Positions 55,928 through 64,000 of a stretch of 64,000 bases of DNA are shown here, piece after piece. Source of the stretch: an uncultured bacterium (GTDB lineage Bacteria > Planctomycetota > UBA1135 > GCA-002686595); the NCBI GenBank assembly GCA_943787795.1, contig CALSNU010000002.1, forward strand, positions 640,001 to 704,000, given 5' to 3'. The notes beneath the pieces are model-generated. The model searched no databases and had not been told where the DNA came from. It was given only the letters and a program-made list of their open reading frames with translations. Each line of letters begins with the position of its first letter. Position 1 is the stretch's first letter. A program made the position numbers and the translations under genes.

Positions 55928-57169
55928 TCAGGTCGTTCGGCGGAGCCTCCTGCGGAGAAGGCTGATGCTCCGACGGAGGCTCTCTGGGAGCCAGGGCAGC
56001 CGCCGGAGCAGCCATGCCGGCGGGTCAAACCTCGAGATCGGCAGCCCGGCATCCACGAGGGGGCTCGCGGACAGTGCTGTTGCTATCACTTCGCCGTACT
56101 GGCGAGCGCACTCGGCGAGGGAGAAGCGGGCCCGGGCCTGTTCTTGGACCCGGGCAGACATCGATTCGATCTCGACCTCGCCCCGCGCGATCTCGGCGAT
56201 CGAGGAGGCCATGCCTGCCGCGTCGCCCAGCGGGTGAAGGAAGCCAGTCACCCGGTCCTCGACGATGAAGTCTGTGATGCCCTCGATGACCCAGCAGATG
56301 GGCACGCAGCCGGCCGCCATGGCCTCCAGGAGAGCGTTCGGACAGCCTTCGAACTGCGAAGGAAACAGGAACACGTCGCAGGACGCGAGGTACCCGGGGA
56401 TGACCTCTCGGTCGAGGAGTCCGAGGAACGAGACCTGGCCGGACTGCACCCAGGGCGCGAGCTCGCGCCGGAGCTCTCCCTCGTCGACCCCCTGCCCTCC
56501 GATGGAGAGATGGAAGTCGACCCCGGAGCCCTCAAGGGCCTGAAGGATGGGGGGGAGGAAGAGCACGCCCTTCTGGCGATGCTCGAGCCGACCGAGGAAC
56601 CCGAGCTCGATCCGCCGTTGGCTCGTTGACGTCCGAGGGGGCGCATCGAAACGCTCGGTGTCGACGCCGTTCGGAATCAGCTGGATGAGGCCCGGGTCCA
56701 CCGCGTAGTCCGCGGTGAGGTCGCGGCCGAGGCGCGGTGTCAAGGCGACGACGGTGCTGACCCGCTCGAGGCCCGTTGCGGCGAAGAGATATTCGTCGTG
56801 CAGCGCGTTGGCGCACCGGGAGATCACGCGGACCCGTGCAGGGAGGTGCGGGATCGATGCGAGGATCGGCCGCGAGTTGACGGGGACGACGATATCAATG
56901 CCCTCGACCTCGCACCAACTCACGAACGCCTCGACCTGCCTCCGCAGGGACCACGTCCGTGGGGCAAGCCTGACGCACCCCTCGTCTGCGTAGCTCGGAT
57001 TCCAAAGGCTGTTCGACTCCGTCCCCACGGCTACGCACCTGACATCGATTCCCCGGGTGCGAAACTCATCGCGGTGGTTTCGATAGAAGGTAAACGTCCC
57101 GCCTTCCTTGGGAACGGATCCGTAAGCCACGCGTATCCCCACCGGGTCAACCTCGGAAGCCTGTTGCAT
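55928..57169 (-). CDS. GT4 glycosyltransferase
   Basis: 'IPNGVD', 'GRLEHRQKG', 'EGCPNALLEAMAAG'. Confidence 0.9.
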   Translation of the reverse strand: MQQASEVDPVGIRVAYGSVPKEGGTFTFYRNHRDEFRTRGIDVRCVAVGTESNSLWNPSYADEGCVRLAPRTWSLRRQVEAFVSWCEVEGIDIVVPVNSRPILASIPHLPARVRVISRCANALHDEYLFAATGLERVSTVVALTPRLGRDLTADYAVDPGLIQLIPNGVDTERFDAPPRTSTSQRRIELGFLGRLEHRQKGVLFLPPILQALEGSGVDFHLSIGGQGVDEGELRRELAPWVQSGQVSFLGLLDREVIPGYLASCDVFLFPSQFEGCPNALLEAMAAGCVPICWVIEGITDFIVEDRVTGFLHPLGDAAGMASSIAEIARGEVEIESMSARVQEQARARFSLAECARQYGEVIATALSASPLVDAGLPISRFDPPAWLLRRLPWLPESLRRSISLLRRRLRRTT

Positions 57170-57250
57170 GGCAGTACTCTACCCGTAGTGCGCCCTTCCG
57201 GATTGGGTCGAGCTGAGGGAGAAGCCCCCGTCACAGCGAGGGTCAGCGCC

Positions 57251-58333
57251 TCACCGATGGGCCGAGTTGATAGCCGCGGTGAACGCTTCTGCAGCAGCGC
57301 CTGTGGACCACGAAGCGACGACGTGCGCGCGCGCCTCGCGCCCCATCTGCTGTCGGCGAAGGGGGTCCACCACGAGTTCGGTGAGCGCCGCCGTCCACTG
57401 CGCCTCGTCCGCGCAAAGGAAGCCGTCGACACCGTCCCGAAAGAGAGCCCGGTGGGAGCGGCAGTCCGAGGCGACGACCGGGAGGCCGAGGGCCATGTAC
57501 TCGATGCCTTTGAAGCCACACTTGTAGCTGTTGGGCACGGATTCACGGAGCGGGTAGACCCCGAGGTCGACCCCGCGCATGGCGTCGCGGGTGGCGTGTT
57601 CGCTCGCCCAATCGATGGACTCGATGAGCTCGAGGGTGAGGCCAGGAATGCTCCCGAGCTCATCCTCGAAGAGCGAGCTACCGAGGGTGCCGACCACGCG
57701 CAGGGTCACTGGATGTTGCTCTGCGACCGTCCGGAGGGAGGGGCCGAGGATCTCGACGATGTCCTCGCCGTAGGTCTTGCCGTTACCGATCCACCCGATG
57801 GTCACCGGTGCCCCGCTCGACAGGGGTGGCTCGAGGACGTCATAGGCGGCAAGATCAACGCACGAGGGGACCAGGTGGACGTTGGAGTTGAACCGGCTCG
57901 CGTAGTCACAGAGGTTCTCGCAGCCGGCCGTGACCACGCTGGCGACACTGAAGAGCACCTCTGCATTGGCAACTGTCCTCGGGTTGGCGTTCCAGGAGGG
58001 CGTGTCGTCGATATCGAAGATCACCACCTTGCCCAGGCGGCGGAATAGCTTGGCCAGCGCCACATGCCACCGCGAGTACTGCTTCTGGAACACGACGGTA
58101 TCGCACGTGAGCGCCCGCAGGGCTGCCAGCGCGATCCGTCGCCGAGAATCAGCGATGACCCACGATGAGGTGAAGCCCTCGTCGAGCAGCGGCCGCTCCA
58201 GCCAGTATCCCCGAACCCGGCTGCTCGCCTTGGAGCGATCACCGAGGGCGAGCCACAGAATAGAACGGCGCCCCTCGGGGCCCGAAGGGCTCATCCCAGG
58301 CCCTAGGCCGTCCGAAGGGGAGGGCGGGTTCAT
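57251..58333 (-). CDS. GT4-like glycosyltransferase
   Basis: 'FDIDD', 'IGWIG', 'KCGFKGIEYMALGLPVVAS'. Confidence 0.88.
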   Translation of the reverse strand: MNPPSPSDGLGPGMSPSGPEGRRSILWLALGDRSKASSRVRGYWLERPLLDEGFTSSWVIADSRRRIALAALRALTCDTVVFQKQYSRWHVALAKLFRRLGKVVIFDIDDTPSWNANPRTVANAEVLFSVASVVTAGCENLCDYASRFNSNVHLVPSCVDLAAYDVLEPPLSSGAPVTIGWIGNGKTYGEDIVEILGPSLRTVAEQHPVTLRVVGTLGSSLFEDELGSIPGLTLELIESIDWASEHATRDAMRGVDLGVYPLRESVPNSYKCGFKGIEYMALGLPVVASDCRSHRALFRDGVDGFLCADEAQWTAALTELVVDPLRRQQMGREARAHVVASWSTGAAAEAFTAAINSAHR

Positions 58334-59712
58334 CCGCCCTTGGCTCTCACGCCGAGCCCGAGAATCGCGGAGTCCGGTCGAAGGTGGGTTCGCACCGCGA
58401 GAGCGAGCGCGATCATGATCATCGTCAGGGTGAAGCCTCGTGTGGTTGAAATGGCGGCATGACCGACGAGGAACCAGATGGAGGCGGCTGCGAACATTGC
58501 ATAAATGCTCGCGGAGGCTTGCGTCGACGCTTCGCTGTCGCCGGCTCGCTGGCGTCCAAGGCCCGTCACAGTGCTCGTCAATAACCAGACGAGGATGACC
58601 GCCGCAACGGCGCCGAATTGGTACATCGTGCGCGGGACCAATGCATGGGAGTCGTACCAGGGAACGGTGCCACGATTGAACTTCGTTCGCTTACCAGCGT
58701 CGTTGCCATAGCCCATGATCGCGGCCTCCGGATGGTCAAGAACCCACAGGAAGGGGTAGATATAGCTTTGGAACCTTCCGGCTTCGTTCGAACTCTCGAA
58801 TTGACCGCCGGCCCGAACACCGTCGATCATGGCTCCGAACCGTTTATCGTAACGGTCGATCATTAGGGCGTCAGAGTCCTTGGGCGCCATGTAGGCGACC
58901 GCACAGACAGCGACGATGAGCGCTGTGCTTGTGCGTCGAGTCTTGACCGATCCCTTGACGAGGAGGACAGCACACGCCGCACCGAGGGCGACGAGGCCGC
59001 CTCGTGAATAGGTCGCGAGGGCGCCAAAGGCAACAAGGGCAGCCATGGCGCCCCTGAAGCGATTCCAGACGGAGCTGGGACCCGCTGCGATCAATGGCAT
59101 GCAGGCGACGATCGGCCACATGGAGGCAAGGAAGCCAGCTGTGATAGTGCTGGTTCCGATCAGGGTGTTGCCCCGCATTGCGTATTGACTATCCAGCCGA
59201 ACGAACTTCGCGGCCGGATTGAGGAAATCGGCCCGCAGGAGGGGCTCGATCAGGCTTCGGGTGAAGGGGAGTGAGGACAGGATCGAGAACGCTGCGCTGA
59301 AGCAGCTCCCAGCGATGATGGTCTTGATCAGCAGGTCGAAGCTCTCTCGCCGCGCGGCCAGCTTGTAAAACGCGACCGCCAACATCCCGGAGGACACGTA
59401 GCGCGCAGCCATGTAGGCTGCGTTGGTCGTCGACGTGAGGAGAACCGCGCAGTTGATCTGAGAGATCAGGATCAAGACCATGAACGCAGCGAAGAGGTTC
59501 TTCGCGCGCCGGATGAAGGCTCCCGTGGGATAGGGCAGGGTGTAAGCCAGAGCGAACGCGAGCACTCCGAGGACGTCGAACAAGTAGACGGGAATCCCAG
59601 CTGGGCCAATCCTGGCGCGGGGTGCAGCCAGCAGCATGAAGACCGCTGCGCACACCGCGAGGAGCGCCCTCTGCTGGCCAGTCGATGCGAACCCTCGTGT
59701 TTGTCTAGCCAC
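58330..59712 (-). CDS. O-antigen ligase/Wzy-like polymerase membrane protein
   Basis: Many TM helices, 'ATYSRGG', a periplasmic loop, 'GYG' and 'SH' motifs. Lies inside a glycosyltransferase cluster. Confidence 0.75.
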   Translation of the reverse strand: MARQTRGFASTGQQRALLAVCAAVFMLLAAPRARIGPAGIPVYLFDVLGVLAFALAYTLPYPTGAFIRRAKNLFAAFMVLILISQINCAVLLTSTTNAAYMAARYVSSGMLAVAFYKLAARRESFDLLIKTIIAGSCFSAAFSILSSLPFTRSLIEPLLRADFLNPAAKFVRLDSQYAMRGNTLIGTSTITAGFLASMWPIVACMPLIAAGPSSVWNRFRGAMAALVAFGALATYSRGGLVALGAACAVLLVKGSVKTRRTSTALIVAVCAVAYMAPKDSDALMIDRYDKRFGAMIDGVRAGGQFESSNEAGRFQSYIYPFLWVLDHPEAAIMGYGNDAGKRTKFNRGTVPWYDSHALVPRTMYQFGAVAAVILVWLLTSTVTGLGRQRAGDSEASTQASASIYAMFAAASIWFLVGHAAISTTRGFTLTMIMIALALAVRTHLRPDSAILGLGVRAKGG

Positions 59713-59848
59713 GGGTGATCCTCCGTTGCCGGCGCACCGGGAGAGGATTATTGACGGACCGAACCGCGGTCCGGGTCTTCGCCATGGGTCTAGAGCGCTG
59801 GAGGGACGACGCTGGTCCTCGCTTCTCGACTCGGAGCTTCATCGCGAC

Positions 59849-60754
59849 TCAGCGATGCCTCCAACGGAGCCGCAGTGGGTTCCAGACTCGATTCCTGAAG
59901 GACTGGATCACACGCGAGACCCTTAGTCGGCGAGGACTCCGGGTCGAACTCACCTCTGGAGTGATTTCACTGGGCTCGTAGCCGAAGCGCTGAGCCATCT
60001 GGATCGTGGCGGAGTTCGGCGTGAAAGAGAAGGACTCATTCGTCCGCCACTTCTCCAGTGACTTCCCGTGAACTTCGGCTCCCACGGCGGGGTCTTCCTC
60101 GAGGCCGACGAACTTCAGAACCCGCTCAAAGCACTCCTGTGGGTTGCTGACCATGTCCTCATAGGCGACGCCGAGATAGTCACCGTGGGGGAGCATGGAT
60201 TGGAAGGCGAGGAGGTTCTGATGGATCGAGACCCACCCGTCCTGCCGCGTCTGGGGTGCCGTGCCGAACAGCTCCCATGCCGAGTGGAGGACGGCGGCGG
60301 GGTTGCGGACAAGGCCGATGAATTTGACCTCTAGATCGGTCTCCTGGGCCCACTCGAGCATCAGGGAAAGGGCCGACCAGTGCGCGAGGTGCTGGGGTGA
60401 CTTCTCGAAGAAGACGGGCTGGGCGAACTGGCGGCACATGGCCTCCCAACCCTCGAAGACGAGTCGCCGGTCATCCCCAGGGAGCGTGAAGTCGGGGAGG
60501 TTCCCGCGCAGCTGGCTGACCAGGAGCGCCCGTGCGCCCTTCTTGCCACCGTACCCCTTGTATCTGTGGCCATCAGCGAAGTGGCGGCTTGGCATACCGA
60601 GGACCACCGCGCTCTTGAGCCAGTGGTGCGTCTCGTTGTACGAGTGGGCGCAGTAGCTCGCGTGCTGAACGTCACGGTGCCGACAGAGCTCGCGCTCGAA
60701 TTGCGTGGAGCCTGACCGCTTGTCCGAAAGGAGGATGACGACTGTCGGTTTCAT
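59849..60754 (-). CDS. PAPS-dependent sulfotransferase
   Basis: 5'-PSB-like 'KRSGST', 'EKSP', 3'-PB-like 'LVRNP...S', 'YEDMVSNP'. Confidence 0.88.
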   Translation of the reverse strand: MKPTVVILLSDKRSGSTQFERELCRHRDVQHASYCAHSYNETHHWLKSAVVLGMPSRHFADGHRYKGYGGKKGARALLVSQLRGNLPDFTLPGDDRRLVFEGWEAMCRQFAQPVFFEKSPQHLAHWSALSLMLEWAQETDLEVKFIGLVRNPAAVLHSAWELFGTAPQTRQDGWVSIHQNLLAFQSMLPHGDYLGVAYEDMVSNPQECFERVLKFVGLEEDPAVGAEVHGKSLEKWRTNESFSFTPNSATIQMAQRFGYEPSEITPEVSSTRSPRRLRVSRVIQSFRNRVWNPLRLRWRHR

Positions 60755-61030
60755 GGACGGGCTGGTGTTCCGGGGCCCCTGCCTCCGTGGAGGATCGACC
60801 CCCGGCAGAACCCTACTTCACTGTGCCCGTGGGGGATCTTCAACTTGAGGCAGATTCGCTGCTACCTCCGTGGGAGCCTGGGAGCGGTGTGACCGTTTCG
60901 AGGCAATTGGGCCTGTATTCGCGGTGGCCGACGATTGAGAGCTACTCTTCTGTCAAGCCACTTCGTCCCTTGCCCCCTGAGGGTCAGCTCGGATGGAGGG
61001 TCAAGCCGGCACAGCATCCGCCACAGTCAC

Positions 61031-62011
61031 GTGAACGCAGCAGCCCAGTCCAGCGCGAGTATCTCGGTCGTGATCCCGACCTACCAGCGCGCAGAGCTCC
61101 TCGAGGAGGCCATCATCTCGGCGGCGAGCCAGTCGATAGCGCCCGCTGAGATCGTCGTGGTGGACGACGGCTCGACGGACGCGACGGCGGAGGTGGTCGA
61201 ACGTCTCCGCAGCGAGCTCGGACCAGAGATCGAGGTCATCTATCTGAGCCAGGTCCGGAGGGGTGGAAACGCAGCCAGGAACGCAGGGGTGCGAGCGGCC
61301 TCAGGGGACTGGATCGCATTTCTTGACAGCGACGATCTCTGGGTCGGGGACAAGCTGGAGAAACAGCTGGCACGCGTCGCGCTGTCGCCAGGCAGCGTGG
61401 CCTGCTACTGCGGGCTGAGGGGGTTCAGCGAGGAGGGCCAGCTTCCCGAGGAGCATCGCGCCTTCCCGGAGGGCGATCTGAGCTCGAGCCTCCTCGTACG
61501 GGACGGGACGGCGCCCACGTCGTGCTACCTGGTCAGGCGCTCGGTCCTGCTCGAGGCAGGTCTATTCGATGAGGAGCTGCAGGCCCGCCAGGACTGGGAC
61601 ATGTGGATCAGGGTCTCGATGTATGGCGCGATTGTCAGCGTTCCGGAGCCCCTCACCCGGTTCAGGCACCACGACGGGGAGCGTACGGCGAGCGATCCCA
61701 GCCGTGAGCTTCGGGCCTACCGCGCGATTCGCATCAAGTACCGCGACCGGCTCCGGGCCCTGCCCCTGGAAGCGAGGATGGCGGCGCGGTCGGCCTATCA
61801 CCGCCGCGTGGCCCGCGTCCGCCGCCACTACGAGGGGCGCTGGTTTCGCGGCCTGAGTCACGGCCTGGCGGCCTGGGCGGTCAGTCCCCTGGAGCGAGAC
61901 AACTACTTCATGCTCGTGGGGTTCTTGCTCCCGGATTGGGTTCGACGTCCGGTGAGAGGTGCATGGAATTCGCTTTTTGGGTCAGCGGGTTGGGGCGTCA
62001 AGACCCATTGA
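61031..62011 (+). CDS. GT2 glycosyltransferase
   Basis: 'ISVVIPTYQR', 'VVDDGSTD', 'ARNAG', 'FLDSDD', 'QDWDMW'. GTG start at ~61031. Confidence 0.92.
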   Translation: MNAAAQSSASISVVIPTYQRAELLEEAIISAASQSIAPAEIVVVDDGSTDATAEVVERLRSELGPEIEVIYLSQVRRGGNAARNAGVRAASGDWIAFLDSDDLWVGDKLEKQLARVALSPGSVACYCGLRGFSEEGQLPEEHRAFPEGDLSSSLLVRDGTAPTSCYLVRRSVLLEAGLFDEELQARQDWDMWIRVSMYGAIVSVPEPLTRFRHHDGERTASDPSRELRAYRAIRIKYRDRLRALPLEARMAARSAYHRRVARVRRHYEGRWFRGLSHGLAAWAVSPLERDNYFMLVGFLLPDWVRRPVRGAWNSLFGSAGWGVKTH

Positions 62012-62335
62012 CGATCAGATCGAGGCGGAGCTGGCCTGTCGGAGACAGCGCCCTGGCCGTCGGCGGAGATCGCCCCTTCATCCGCCGGCGAGTCCTGAGC
62101 TGTTCCTGAACGCCGGCGGGTCGAACGGGAATATGGGCGAGGAGGGTGGGTGCCTCGTCTCCTTGGTAGCCGATAGCTCCCCCTAGGCGGGACCCTATGC
62201 CGTTCGACCGCCTCGCAGCGGCGCACCGCGAGAAGGTGTCAAGGAGTCATGTACGTAGCCCCCTTCATGGCTCTGCAGTGCGGTAAGTTTCGCGGGGAGT
62301 GTCCGTGGCGGCGTTCCCACCACCTACCGATCAAG

Positions 62336-63339
62336 ATGAAGATTCTCCTCACTGGTGCCGCTGGTTTCATAGGAATGCACACGGCCCTGCGCCTGCTAGA
62401 GCGGGGTGACGAGGTCGTCGGTGTCGACAACCTGAACGACTACTACGACCCCACCCTGAAAGAGGCCCGCCTCGCTCGCCTGCAAGAGCACGCGGGCTTC
62501 ACCTTCCACCGCCTCTCCATCGAGGATGAAGCCGCGGTGGCGAAGGTGATGAAGTCGGCGGGACCTCAGCGGGTCGTGCACCTCGCGGCGCAGGCGGGGG
62601 TCAGGTACTCCTTGACCAACCCGAAGGCGTATATCGACGCCAACCTGCAAGGCACGCTCTCGATCCTCGAGGGGTGCAGGCACCACGCCGTGGAGCATCT
62701 CGCGTATGCGAGCAGCTCAAGCGTCTACGGCGGTAATAAGCGCTTGCCGTTCGCGGAGTCGCAGAGCGTGGATCACCCGGTCAGCCTCTACGCGGCGACG
62801 AAGAAGTCGAACGAGTTGATGGCGCACACCTACAGCCACCTCTTCGATCTTCCGACGACTGGGCTTCGTTTCTTCACGGTCTATGGACCCTGGGGTAGGC
62901 CCGACATGGCCCTCTTTCTCTTCGCCAAGGCGATCCTCGACGGGCGGCCGATCGACGTCTTCAACCACGGGAAGATGACCCGGGACTTCACGTACGTCGA
63001 TGACATTGTCGAGGGGGTGATCCGCGTCCTCGACAAGCCGGCGACGCCCGCGTCGACGTTCGATCCGCTCGACCCGGACCCCTCGACGAGTTCCGCACCT
63101 TACCGCGTCTTTAACATCGGTAATTCACAGCCGACGCCGCTGATGGACTACATCGGCGCGTTGGAGAAGGAGCTCGGGATGGTCGCGGAGAAGAACTTCC
63201 TCCCCATCCAGCCGGGGGATGTGACCGCGACCAGCTCGGACACCTCGGCGCTTGAGGAGTGGGTCGGCTTTCGGCCCAAGACGACTGTTGAAGACGGCGT
63301 GGGCCGCTTCGTGGCCTGGTATCGGGAGTACTACCAGCA

Positions 63340-63343
<4 letters not shown>
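62336..63343 (+). CDS. NAD-dependent epimerase (UDP-glucuronate 4-epimerase-like)
   Basis: 'TGAAGFIG', 'DNLNDYYD', '[11 protein letters not shown]', 'YAATKK', 'GRPDMA'. Confidence 0.93.

Positions 63344-64000
<657 letters not shown>

Noticed and set aside
62160..62290. JUMPStart/ops element before the epimerase
   Set aside because: Only fragments are present (TTGGTAGC, GCGGTAAG), with no full GGCGGTAG element at the expected spacing.

Overview
A GC-rich bacterial window with about 50 protein genes. I saw no rRNA, tRNA, CRISPR array, integrase or transposase. The gene content suggests Planctomycetota, possibly an OM190/Saltatorellus-like lineage (inference only): an ECF sigma plus Ser/Thr kinase pair, PQQ-like propellers, DUF1080, a redoxin-cytochrome-Cu-monooxygenase fusion, and 'YCSP-x-x-PNSTG' C-terminal domains. 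Contents in order: an unlisted secreted protein running off the left edge, a fused L-serine dehydratase, an OCD/mu-crystallin enzyme, the ECF-kinase pair, PhoD, a SorT/SorU-type sulfite dehydrogenase, an acid-sugar catabolic operon, a CBS-NhaD pair, a ~2,650-aa giant surface protein, a POT transporter, an arylsulfotransferase, GH16 and GH30 glucanases, a ZIP transporter, a small Cys-rich secreted peptide, a YdhR pseudogene, and the start of a sulfotransferase-containing polysaccharide cluster. The giant protein has two FG-GAP propellers joined by 91 Cys/Ca-loop repeats and is split by two single-base deletions. Most notable: (1) a ~140-aa C-terminal domain shared by two unrelated secreted proteins, a candidate lineage-specific sorting or anchoring signal; (2) a cysteine capping rule in the giant protein's repeats that implies an inter-repeat disulfide ladder; (3) the Cys-rich peptide translationally coupled to a small membrane protein. 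Several single-base indels may be assembly errors. All family calls come from motif recognition, not database searches.
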